From Chiloscyllium plagiosum (lineage: Eukaryota), in NCBI RefSeq assembly GCF_004010195.1, contig NC_057719.1, positions 25,196,809 to 25,260,808 of the forward strand: a stretch of DNA of 64,000 bases, read 5' to 3'. The notes beneath the pieces were generated by a model. It was not told the DNA's origin. It worked only from the letters and a program-made list of their open reading frames with translations, and made no database searches. The position numbers and the translations under genes are program-made. Position 1 is the stretch's first letter. Each line of letters begins with the position of its first letter. Shown here piece by piece: positions 12,736 through 24,080 of this stretch.

Positions 12736-13375
12736 TTCAGAATTTGCTTCCTCCATTGTGGATGCACTGCAGTGTATACCAATTACAAAATGCACTGTGC
12801 TTATCAACGCTGTTTGAGAGCACGTTGCAAACCCATGAACTCTAACACCTAGAAGGATAAAGACAGCAAATGCGTGGGAAGCCACTCAAAGCAACTCACC
12901 ATTTTGACTTGGGACTACATAGCTGTTAAAACTTTATTGTTAAGGGGTTGAACTCCTGAAAATCCCTGCTTAAACCATATGTCATGTTGTGGTTTGAAAA
13001 AAAAACGCTCATTATCATCAATTAGGGATGAGCAATAAATGTTTCCCTTACTAGTAATACCTAGTGTCAATTTAAGGTTTTTGACCCAGTAACAGTTAAG
13101 GGAAGATGATGTAGTTGCAAGTGAAAATGGTTCATGGCATAAAGGTGAGTTTCCACCCATCTGTTGTCCTTGTTCCTTTAGGTGATAGAGGTTGCAGGTT
13201 TGGAAGCTGCTGTCGAAAATACCTTGGTTGAGTGGAACTAAGTGCAGAGTATATTCATGTTCCTACTGTCTGTGGAAAAAAAACAGGACAATTTGCACTC
13301 ATACATGTAGCTTCCAGTACAGCTAAGTGTACCACACTCCAAGCTCGACTGACTGTCCTTAATTAATTTTTTTTT

Positions 13376-13540
13376 AAAACCCAAAGAACTGCGGATGCTG
13401 AAAATCTGAAACAGAAACAAAAATAGCTGGAGCAACTCAGCAGTACTGACAGCATCTTTGGAGAGAATGTTTTTGAGTTAATGTTTTGGTTTCAGTGACC
13501 CTTCAGAACTGATTTTCTCCCAGCTATTTCTGTTCTTGAA
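13376..13540. mobile_element. PLE-derived short element, family P2 (aagaactgcggatgctg...), with short inverted right arm
   Basis: Similar to 47018-47150 and 63650-63857; cagctatttc is the inverse of aaatagctg. Confidence 0.65.
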
Positions 13541-13619
13541 TCCATGATTGGTTTTCAGGGTAATTCTTTGGAAGCTTCAGATTACTTAGCAAATGTTGTC
13601 CAATTGCAGAATTGAATCT

Positions 13620-14160
13620 AATGTTAGATATTGTGTTATGAGTTTTCAAGTGCAGGTTGGTTGGATACTATCATGCATTGCTTGTTGCAAGCAGCCAAGA
13701 TACAATTCACCAGTCTTTGGGACATCCACCCTACATACTTGGCACAACACCAGCACATAAATTCATACACTACATTACAGGCTTGTGTGATAGGCAGCAC
13801 ATTTTTTTTTTGGGTTGACTGCAGCATCCTATTTAGTGGTAAACACCAATGAAACAACAATTCAATAAAAGCCTGGTAGCCACATGCTGGATCATTTCTT
13901 AGGGCAACACCATGACCAATCTTGCTGGTTTAAAATTTAAACAATGCTTGTCAGTTGTTATTTAATTGGTGCATTCTTGAAGGCAACACCTCTACCAATT
14001 GGAGTCCTGCCAATCAATCAGCAGTCTCCTCTCATGCAAAATGAATGTTGATTTTCCCCTTTAAATTGGTATTCTTGTGAATTGTCCTGATGAGTGCAAG
14101 ATAAAAAGCTTAACTGAAGTGTCCTCCTTTTAGACAATACTCCAGATTCTGTAGTACCAC
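13620..14160. mobile_element. Old PLE remnant: GIY-YIG on - strand, degenerate hammerhead-bearing end on + strand
   Basis: ORF 13636..13860(-) has NVVYEFMCWCCAKYVGWMSQRL (VVY..C.C..YVG GIY-YIG pattern). At 14084-14114: gtc-ctgatga-gtgcaagat-aaaaagcttaac. Confidence 0.65.
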
Positions 14161-14627
14161 ACAACTGTTTCAGACACTCATTAAAACCCACCTTTTAAAA
14201 CAAGGATTTGGTCATCTGCCTTAATAGCTTCTAATTTGGGTCAGTGTCATGTTTTGTTTTATTATCTTTAAAAGTGCTACATAAATGCAGGCTATCATTG
14301 TTGTTTTGGTGTAGCTATGTCTCTGCATGGATGTGAAACTGTAGGTATACACTGTAGGTATTACTAGTCAGATGCTAACTGACCTGGTGTATACTTCCAG
14401 TTTTCTCAATTCATCGTACGATTTGGCCAGCAGCAATTCAAACCCAATAAGAAAGCTGGAATCTTGAACACTTGAGTTATGGCATTTCCAAATTGTGTTT
14501 TTGTAGATTCTGCACAAATCTTTCAATTCCATTTTATTGTCCATACAGCAAAATTAGATTGGATACCTAACTCTTGGGACACTGATATGATAGAAACTTT
14601 TAAAAAGATACAGCAGACATGCCAATA

Positions 14628-15177
14628 CAGGCAGTTCTCCTATAAGGCGCGTTCATTAAACTTGATTTTGTTGTAACACAAATTGTGAATTGTGAGTGTT
14701 TTTATTTTATAAAGCGAACTCCTGTTTGCTGTTATGTGATTCCATTCCCGGCATTAGCTGAACAGAAAACCGTTTTGCGTGTCTACATTTGTAGTGTAGG
14801 AATTGTAGTCTACACTTAGAAGGAACTTTATTTCAAACTGGGGGTGAATCTGGATGAGGACTGGACTCCGCATCGGCATCATGTGGTCAGTCAGCTTATG
14901 CGCTTACTGGTGAAGAGCTTTGTGAAAGGTACAGTGTTGTAGTTAGTGATTTTAGTGTTACATTTACTGTATTTCATTAAAATATGATTTAAAGATTTTA
15001 TTAGTTGTGATATCGTTTGTCTTAGGCTAACTACTATTTTTGATTCAATTTTTACTGATGTGTTTGGCCCCTCACCCTGTTTTTCCCATAGGCCCGATTA
15101 TTTGTATCGCATGATTTTTTTTTTATAACATGGTGCCGTACAGCAGCGCAACTGCAGTGTTATAGGAGAACTACCTG
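14628..15177. mobile_element. Non-autonomous Tc1/mariner-pogo (Tigger-like) DNA transposon / MITE
   Basis: 18-bp TIRs caggcagttctcctataa (14628-14645) and ttataggagaactacctg (15160-15177), 1 mismatch; TA on both sides. Confidence 0.85.
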
Positions 15178-16049
15178 TATGTGCATATAGAGAAACACAA
15201 TGTTAGAGTTGTTCAAGGCAGGACAAAAGAAAGTATATTGGAACACCTATTCCCTTGTTTTTGAAGGCTGGAATAGGATAACAATGAGAAAAGGTCATGG
15301 GCCAGACGTGTTAAATGTTGTTACAAGGCAGCAGTGACTGGGTTCAAAATCTAGTGAATTGATCCTTTTCACAATTGGACTGAGGTAAGAAGCATTGAAC
15401 AATGCAGGAAGTCTATGAGAAGGCTTTAGAAAGACAATGTGCGCTGCTCCAAAACATAAGAGAAAGCAGGAGACAATTCAGTGGGGGACAGCTAAAGTCA
15501 TTATTTAGAAGAGAAAGTGGAAGAGTGACTTGAATTGATGCTGTTCCTGATGTCAACCTTATTGGATTTGGCTAGGAGGCTAAAAGATGTGATTTGGTTG
15601 GAATGTGTGGAAGAGATCACCTGGTGCACCATGAGAGACCTAAGGACAGAGCAGTGATCCCCACCACTGTCCGTCGCTCTTTACAGGAATGAAAAGGGAC
15701 CCTGCTTGCAGTTCTTCTAATGGCCTTTTTTTTTAGAACATGCAGCAGTGTCAAATCTTGCATTTTATTTTGTCCCACTGACTGGTAACAGTAGATGTCA
15801 CCGAAGCTACTGTGTAATACTGGCCCAGTCTGGTCTGGTTTGGTATTGGTTGTGTTTCTAATTAATTATGTATTCTGTTTTGAGCTCAATTTCTGTTGAA
15901 ATGTGTACAAGTCTACTAGCCATGCTATACACAGTACATTTTGCTCTGGACTGGGGTAGAATACTTGATAGATATTTTCCAAATATTCTGTTCAAAGATG
16001 TCGATATACACTTTTGGAACATTAGGATTTGAGAGGCTGGAAATAGGAA

Positions 16050-16330
16050 GATAATGCAGTTGAATGCATAGAACTGATGTAAGAGGGAGCGCTGCAGGTA
16101 TCTGTATCATTAGGATCTCTTCAAGAGCAGGAGGGACCTATATGAGCTGATAGGGTTGCAGCTAAACTGGAGGGTCACCAATATCCCTACAGGGAGGTTT
16201 GCTGCTGCCATTCTGAAGGGTTTAAACAAGTGTGGCGGGGGTTGGGAACCAGAGCAGTCGGTCAGAGTGTTTGAAGAGAAGAGAGGGGCTAAATCAAGTA
16301 TGGGAAGGACAGGCAGGGACAGATTAATGA
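16050..16330 (+). mobile_element. Old CR1 ORF1 (esterase C-terminus) fragment
   Basis: ...DLY..xGLQLNWRVTNIPTGRFA, similar to the end of CR1 ORF1 at 20200-20265. Confidence 0.55.
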
Positions 16331-16344
16331 ACACAGTGGACACT

Positions 16345-16565
16345 TTACTCAATCTTACTGATCTACCTCTGCCAGATTTCCCCTCATACCTTCATCATTT
16401 TTATTGTTTAATTTTAACTTCAGATTGACCTACCTTTTATATTCAAATATAAAATTAAATTATATCGAATTTATGTTCACTCATTCCTAAAGATTCTTTT
16501 ATAACAAGATAATTAATTGGTTATTTTTTTTTGTTCCATAATACTAGATCTAAAGTTCTTTGGTT
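16345..16565 (-). mobile_element. Old CR1 endonuclease-region fragment (element C, downstream part)
   Basis: Reverse strand reads roughly LDLVLWN...LINYLVIKESLGMSEH...EGMR..LAEVD; continues the + strand fragment that ends at ~19340. Confidence 0.7.
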
Positions 16566-17245
16566 GACAATAGACAATAGGTGCAGGAGTAGGCCATTCT
16601 GCCCTTCGAGCCTTTCAATATGATCATGGCTTATCATCCTTAATCAGTATCCTGTTCCTGTCTTATCTCCATAACCCTTGATTCCACAATCCTTGAGAGC
16701 TCTATCCAACTCTTTCTTAAATGAATCCAGAGACTGGGCCTCCACTGCCCTCTGGGGCAGAGCATTCCACACAGCCACCACTCTCTGGGTGAAGAAGTTT
16801 CTCCTCATCTCTGTCCTAAATGGTCTACCCCGTATTTTTAAGCTGTGTCCTCTGGTTCGGCACTCACCCTTCAGCGGAAACATGTTTCCTGCCTCCAGAG
16901 TGTCCAATCCTTTAATAATCTTATATGTCTCAATCAGATCCTCTCTGTCTTCTAAACTCAAGGGTATACAAGCCCAGTCGCTCCACTCTTTCAATGTAAG
17001 GTAGTCCCGCCATTCCAGGAATTGACCTCGTGAACCTACGCTGCACTCCCTGAATAGCCAGAATGTCTTTCCTCAAATTTGGAGACCAGAACTGCACACA
17101 GTACTCCAGGTGTGGTCTCACCAGGGCCCTGTACAACTGCAGAAGGACCTCTTTGCTTCTATACTCAATCCCTCTTGTTATGAAGGCCAGCATTCTATTA
17201 GCCTTCTTCACTACTTGCTGTACCTGCTTGCCTTCAATGACTGGT
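16566..17245 (-). mobile_element. Young CR1 LINE 3' part (element A)
   Basis: ORFs 16930..17211(-) KKANRMLAFITRGIEYRSKEVLLQLYRALVRPHLEYC and 16644..16994(-); tail gacaatagacaatag. Confidence 0.92.
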
Positions 17246-17247
17246 CA

Positions 17248-17568
17248 AAATAGACAAAGTCTTTTTCCTGGGCTCGGGGAGTCCAGAACTAGAGGGCATA
17301 GGTTTAGGGTGAGAGGGGAAAGATGTCAAAGAGACCTAAGGGGCAACTTTTTCACGCAGAGGGTGGTACGTGTATGGAATGAGCTGTCAGAGGATGTGGT
17401 GGAGGCTGGTACAATTGCAACATTTAAGAGGTATATGAATAGGAAGGGTTTGGAGGGATATGGGCCGGATGCTGGCAGGTGGGACTAGATTGGGTTGGGA
17501 TATCTGGTCGGCATGGACGGGTTGGACCAAAGGGTCTGTTTCCATGCTGTACATCTCTATGACTCTAT
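17248..17568 (+). mobile_element. CR1 LINE 3' end, different subfamily (element B)
   Basis: NRQSLFPGLGESRTRGHRFRVRGE...GNFFTQRVV; tail ctctatgactctat. Confidence 0.9.
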
Positions 17569-18229
17569 ATGGTGTGTGTGTGTGTGTGAATTTTATAAGG
17601 ATATCCTTCAGGTAATGAACATAATAAATGCTAAAAGACATGTATTAGTCAAAACAAAAGAAAGCCAAACAGCAGAGATGAAACATCAGTCAGCACTGTG
17701 GATCAAAATATCCTCCCAGGCACAAGCAGTGCCCAATTATGACAAAAGAAAGCTATCACTTTAAAATGCTAAAGCACTTTTAGATGAAGCAGGGCACAGT
17801 TTAGAACTGCCAAACGCCAAAATGCATACTCGTATAGAGATGTTAAATTGATAGCAGCATCACTGTTGGAAGGCATTCCTAGGGGAAATTGATGATTCAA
17901 CCATTTGACAGAACCTGTTCATGTAAATGGACATTAGCTTTCAGGCTGTTACCAGTATATGAGCACAACAACAGTAAGGTTATCCTAGAGTGCAGCTGAA
18001 ATAGAATGCAAAGCTGAGCATTTGATGCGCAAGGGAAATTGGTTAAGGATTCAAGTGAAGTGTTTATTTTTTTTCTCTAACTTTATCAATCTCCAGGGCA
18101 ACAGCAGTTGAAAAACTGCAGGAAAGGGACAAAAGCCAGCATAAGTTCAGCTTTGTACATGGAGCCAAGGAAGAATTGATGAGCAATTTTTAAATTATTC
18201 TGCATACTTCAATTGTAATTTTTTTTAAA

Positions 18230-19342
18230 TTGCTACACGATGGCAGGTCAGCTTGGCCTCCACTATTTGGGAAGTTATGTCCCAGACAAATACATCTACA
18301 GGAAATGTCACTGCCTCTAGAAAGTTGAACCCCAGGTGTCAAACTCAATTAGTGTTGGAGTGACTGCTCTGTATCTGGGAAGCAGAAAATTATGGTGGCA
18401 ACATGTTTTAGGAGGTGATTAGCAGTGTACAGGCAAGAGAATGAAAGAGTGCCAAACTGGCAGGCAGCGCAGAAGTCTCCTGAACCACAGTCTCTCCTGG
18501 TTGCTGCTTAGTTTCCATTTTGGACACTGCATGAAGGAAACAGTATCTCGTGGCAGTGCAATAAAGCACCACAGATCATTGAGCTGCACAGGAGGACAGC
18601 AACAAGAGTAGAAGTGCAATACAGATAGGGGATATCATACTCGAGGGATCAGACAGATGCCTCGGCGGCAATAAACATGACGCCAGGGTCAAAGAATGTC
18701 ATGATGTAATTGCCATTACAGAAGTATGGCTAGAGAGTGACCAAGACTCTGAACTGAATATTCTAGGTTTAGGAAGGACCAGTGAAAAGGAAAGATGATG
18801 GTGTTGCACTGATACTGGTGAGGTCAGTGCATTAACAACAGAGGATTTGAGATTCGAAGAACAATGTGTGAAGTCTAGATTCGAGTGGTGCTGGAAAAGC
18901 ACAGCAGGTCAGGCAGCATCCAAGGAACAGGAAAATCGATGTTTTGGGCAAAAGCCCTTCATCAGGAATCCTTTTGCCCGAAACATCAATTTTCCTGCTC
19001 CTCAGATGCTGCCTGACCTGCTATGCTTTTCCAGTACCACTCTAATCTAGACTCTGGTTTCCAGCATCTGCAGTCCTCACTTTTGCCCAATGTGTGAAGT
19101 CTGTTTGGGTAAAATTAAAAACAGCAAGAAGCAGCAAATATTGGTAGTTGTTGTTATGGGCCTGTAAACAGCAATGGTACTAATCAAGAGATCAGAAGCA
19201 TTTAGAGGAGCAGTAATCATAGGTGATAACAATTTGTGCGTAGATTAGGTAAACCCAATGAGCACTGATCCTGTGAAGGATGAGTTTCATAAGTATATTA
19301 TGGATGATTTTCCAGACCAGTAAGTTAATGAACCAACCAGAG
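18230..19342 (+). mobile_element. Old CR1 ORF1/endonuclease remnant (element C, upstream part), interrupted by a P1 insertion
   Basis: Decayed motifs IGDIIL, DVIAITEVWL, SVWVKLKN, VIIGDN, FPDQxVNEPTRE. Confidence 0.7.
18877..19087. mobile_element. Palindromic P1 element
   Basis: Perfect 15-bp TSD caatgtgtgaagtct at 18862-18876 and 19088-19102; inverted arms. Confidence 0.9.
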
Positions 19343-19344
19343 TG

Positions 19345-20265
19345 AGGCTTTAGCTCAGGAGTCTTTGACAAGGAGGTTGAGTGAAGTGATTACGCCACAG
19401 TTGAAGAGGGTGAAGACATGACTGCCAAGCTGGTTCAGTGTGCTACGTGCTTGGTGTGGGAGGTCAATGACTCTGGTGTGTCTGGCTCGTATAAGTGTGG
19501 AAATAGTGTGCACGTTCAACTACTGACAGAGCATATTGCAGCACTGATGAAAGAACTCGAGGACCTTAGGCTCATCCGAGAGAACGAGATCTTTCTGGAC
19601 AAGACCTTCAGCGTACCAGAAGAGAGCAGACGATGAGGAAGGCAGAGAGGAGACAGGTGCAAGAGACCCCAGGGGAAGTACCTGTCAGGAACAAGTTGAA
19701 TCTTTTGGAAACAGTAGAGACAGATGACACTGCCAGTCTGCGAGGTGGCCAGGTCTGTCAATCAAAAGTTGGCAGACAGAGCGGAAGAGTCGAACATCGC
19801 ACAGAGCCGTGGTAATAGGGGACTCCATAGTGAGAGAAACTGACCGGGGTTTTCGTGGCAGCAGACGCGACTTAAGGATGGTGTGTTGCCTTCCTGGTGC
19901 CTGGGTTAAAGACATCACAGACAGAGTGCAGGAAATCCTCAAGGACGAAGGTGAAGAGCCAGAGGTGGTGGGACACGTCGGCACAAATGATGTCGGGAAG
20001 AAGAGGAGGAATATACTACAGCGGGACTTCGGAGAACTAGGAAGAAGGCTGAAAAGCAGGACGTCCAAGGTGGTTATCTCCGGTTTGCTTCCAGTTCCTC
20101 GGGCAGGAGAGGCCAGAAACAGGGAGATAATGGACTTGAACGTGTGGCTGGGGAACTGGTGCAGGAAGCAAGGATTTAAATTCTTGGATCACTGTGGTAT
20201 GTTTTGTGGTAAGCATAAATTCTACAAGACAGACGATCTGTACCTTAATAGGTTAGGGACCAGCA
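19345..20265 (+). mobile_element. CR1 LINE 5' region and ORF1 (Cys motif plus SGNH/GDSL esterase), frameshifted (element A)
   Basis: ORF 19418..19636 MTAKLVQCATCLVWE...YKCG and ORF 19809..20354 VIGDSIVR...VCCLPGA...HVGTND. Confidence 0.9.
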
Positions 20266-22055
20266 TCTGCCTTCCTGTTCTTGCCACCAAAGTGGATAAC
20301 CATACATTTATCCACATTAAACTACATCTGCCATGCATCTGTCCACTCCCCTAACCTGTCCAGGTCACCCTGTAATCTCCTAACATCCTCCTCACATTTC
20401 ACCCTGCCACCCAGCTTAGTATCATCAGCAAATTTGCTAATGTTACTATTAATATCATCTTCTATATCATTAATATATAGTAAAAAGCTGCGGTCCCAGC
20501 ACTGATCCCTGCGGTACCCCACTGGACACCGCTTGTCATTCCGAAAGGGAGCCGTTTATCACTACTCTTTGTTTCCTNNNNNNNNNNNNNNNNNNNNNNN
20601 NNNNNNNNNNNNNNNNNNNNNNNNNNNNNNNNNNNNNNNNNNNNNNNNNNNNNNNNNNNNNNNNNNNNNNNNNNNNNNNNNNNNNNNNNNNNNNNNNNNN
20701 NNNNNNNNNNNNNNNNNNNNNNNNNNNNNNNNNNNNNNNNNNNNNNNNNNNNNNNNNNNNNNNNNNNNNNNNNNNNNNNNNNNNNNNNNNNNNNNNNNNN
20801 NNNNNNNNNNNNNNNNNNNNNNNNNNNNNNNNNNNNNNNNNNNNNNNNNNNNNNNNNNNNNNNNNNNNNNNNNNNNNNNNNNNNNNNNNNNNNNNNNNNN
20901 NNNNNNNNNNNNNNNNNNNNNNNNNNNNNNNNNNNNNNNNNNNNNNNNNNNNNNNNNNNNNNNNNNNNNNNNNNNNNNNNNNNNNNNNNNNNNNNNNNNN
21001 NNNNCAATTCAATTCTTCTGCCATTTCTTTGTTCCCCGTAATATATTCCCCTGTTTCTGTCTTCAAGGGCCCAATTTTAGTCTTAACCATTTTTTTGCCT
21101 TTCACATACCTAAAAGAGCTTTTACTATCCTTCTTTATATTTTTGGCCAGTTTACCTTCGTACCTCATTTTTTCTCTGCGTATTTCCTTTTTAGTAATCC
21201 TCTGTTGTTCTTTAAAAGCTTCCCAGTCCTCCATTTTCCCACTCATCTTTGCTATGTTATACTTTTCTCTTCTAACTTTATATGTTTCTTAACTTCCCTC
21301 TCAGCCACAGCCATCCCTGCCTTCTCATAGGATCTTTCTTCCTTTTTGGAATGAACTGATCCTGCATCTTCTGCATTCTACCCAGAAATATCTGCCATTG
21401 TTCCTCCACTGTCATCCCTGCTAAGGTATTGCACCATTGAACTTTGGCCAGTACCTTCCTCATAGCTCTATAGTTCCCTTTATTCAACTGAAATATTGTC
21501 ACTACCGATTGTACCCTCTCCCCTTCAAATTGCAGACTGAAGCTTATTGTATTATGGTCACTACCTCCTAATGGCTCCTTCACTTCGAGATCCCTGATCA
21601 ATTCTGGTTCGTTGCACAATACCAGATCCAGAATTGCCTTCTCCCTGGTAAGCTCCAGCACCAGTTGTTCTAAGAATCCATCTCTGAGGCACTCCACAAA
21701 GTCTCTTTCTTGAGGTCCAATACCATCCTGATTCTCCCAGTCTATATGCATGTTGAAATCCCCCATAAAATTTGTAGTAAAATCTTTGCGACAGGCCAAT
21801 TTCAGCTCCTTATTCAACTTACACCCTACATCCATACCACTGTTTGGAGGCCTGTAGATAACTCCCAAGAGGGTCTTTCTATCCTTAGAATTTCCCAGCT
21901 CTATCCATACGGACTCTACATCCCCTGATTCTAGGTCCACCCGCCCAAGGGACTGAATATCATCCCTTACCAACAGGGCCACCCCACCCCCTCTGCCCGT
22001 CAGTCTGTCCTTACGATAGCATGTATAGCCTTGAATATTCATTTCCTCAGGCCCT
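20266..22055 (-). mobile_element. CR1 LINE ORF2, APE endonuclease to RT (element A), with internal assembly gap
   Basis: ORF 21278..22042(-) GGGVALLV, GVIYRPP, MGDFN, GSDH; RT motifs PQGSVLGP and SKFADDTKLG near 20400-20530. Confidence 0.93.
20578..21004. other. Assembly gap
   Basis: N run. Confidence 0.99.
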
Positions 22056-22176
22056 GGTCACCCCTCAGCCTCAGCTCCAGGGAAAACCGCCCCAGCCTGT
22101 TCAGCCTCTCCCTGTAGCTCAGATCCTCCAACCCTGGCAACATCCTTGTAAATCTTTTCTGGACCCTTTCAAGTTT
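22056..22176 (-). mobile_element. CR1 fragment (element B, upstream part)
   Basis: [29 protein letters not shown]...RLRGD within ORF 22039..22314(-). Confidence 0.85.
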
Positions 22177-23351
22177 GCTGCTTAAATTTGTGCATGTGGA
22201 TTTATCTCTACCAATGCATGCAAAATTTGCTATAAACTTAGTGAAGGGGGGAACAACGATCACTATCTCCTGTCCGTGCCCACCCCATTGACTGCCTTCC
22301 CTCCCCCTCTCCACTCTTTATCTCCACCCCCTCATTCAATCCAATTCTCTCTCACTTTCTCACACCCCCTACTGAATTCTGTTTCAATAGCGAGCTTCTT
22401 TTATATACGTGCACAGTTTCTTTGCATATGATGTCACTGAATTGCTTCAAGATTACATAGGTTTTCTGGAACTATCCGCATGTATAATTGCAAGGAATAT
22501 TAGTAATCAGCACTCACTGGCTAACTTGGATGTTGCTGTCCTGTGATAAGCTTGTCCTCCTTCTCTCAGGATTTGTTTTTGTCTCTTCCTGGTATCTGCT
22601 TCTAGAAAAATGTTAATAACTTTCTAAAAAGTCAAATTATCCTTTTGTCTGTAATATAACTCCCACGGATTAATCAATAATTCCAATAGCAGTTGGAATT
22701 CTGCTTTCAACATACCATAGTCACAGTTGTCCATGAATCTGTAGATGTTGCTTATGAAATTGCCTATGGATTTTCTTGGATGCAAGTTGTTGTGTTGAAC
22801 CTTGTGAACAAACACATTTTTGAATGAACAAGTTAAAATAATTATCAAAAGCTGTTAGAACTTCAAAAGTATTTGTCCTTTCTTTCTTGTTTTAACAAAT
22901 TTGTGATGTTATTTCTTATAGGTCCTTTGGAATTGCTGAGTTTGAGTTTTAGTTCTGCACGTTAAGAATTGTTTTTCTTGCCTGAGAATTATTTTAAATT
23001 TTAAGTGATAGGATCTTGTATTTCTAGCTTTTAACTTTGCATTAATCCCCTGGCTAGGCGACATCATCAGGCCGATAGGTTGATAGAACCTATCAACAAA
23101 GACGGCATACTTAAACTACTGGACTTGTGCCTCACAACACACTTCACATTCAACAACCAGATATACGAACAAATCAACGGAACACCCATGGGCTCACCGA
23201 TCTCGGGACTCATAGCAGAGGCAGTTATGCAAAGGTTAGAACAAACAGTCCTACCACAAATTCAACCCAAACTCTGGGTCAGATATGTCGATGACACGTT
23301 TGTAATCATTAAAAACACAGAAATAGAGAAAACACACCGGACCATCAACGC

Positions 23352-23468
23352 NNNNNNNNNNNNNNNNNNNNNNNNNNNNNNNNNNNNNNNNNNNNNNNNN
23401 NNNNNNNNNNNNNNNNNNNNNNNNNNNNNNNNNNNNNNNNNNNNNNNNNNNNNNNNNNNNNNNNNNNN
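23352..23468. other. Assembly gap
   Basis: N run. Confidence 0.99.
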
Positions 23469-24040
23469 GCTCGTTGTTGTGGTTCTGTTCGTCGAGTTGG
23501 AGGTTTTTGTTGCAAACGTTTCGTCCCCTGACTAGGCGACATATCAGTGCTTGGGAGCCTCCTTCGAAGCGCTTCTTTGGTGTTTCCTCCGGTGTTTATA
23601 GTGGTCTTTCCCTGCCGCTTCCGGTTGTCAGTTTCAGCTGTCCTCTTTAGTGGTTGGTATATTGGGTCCAGGTCGATGTGTTTGTTGATGGAGTTTGTGG
23701 ATGAATGCCATGCCTCTAGGAATTCCCTGGCTGTTCTCTGTCTGGCTTGCCCTATGATAGTAGTGTTGTCCCAGTCGTATTCATGTTGCTTGTTGTCTGC
23801 GTGTGTGTGAATTTGACTGGGACAACACTACTATCATAGGGCAAGCCAGACAGAGAACAGCCAGGGAATTCCTAGAGGCATGGCATTCATCCACAAACTC
23901 CATCAACAAACACATCGACCTGGACCCAATATACCAACCACTACAGCGGACAGCTGAAACTGACAACCGGAAGCGGCAGGGACAGACCACTATAAACACC
24001 GGAGGAAACATCAAAGAAGCGCTTCGCAGGAGGCTCCCAA

Positions 24041-24080
24041 GCACTGATGATGTCGCCTAGCCAGGGGACGAAACGTTTGC
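24041..24080 (+). ncRNA. Minimal hammerhead ribozyme motif in the PLE terminal repeat
   Basis: GCA-CUGAUGA-U-GUC(G)CCU-AGCC-AGG(G)GAC-GAA-ACGU-U-UGC. Confidence 0.75.

Noticed and set aside
15192..15220. Candidate ITPK1 micro-exon (…agagttgttcaag)
   Set aside because: No pyrimidine tract, no GT donor, and poor match to the KRG part of the expected peptide.
20462..21330. Long ORFs of 181-265 aa
   Set aside because: Inflated by the N gap; the real parts are CR1 ORF2 or its antisense.
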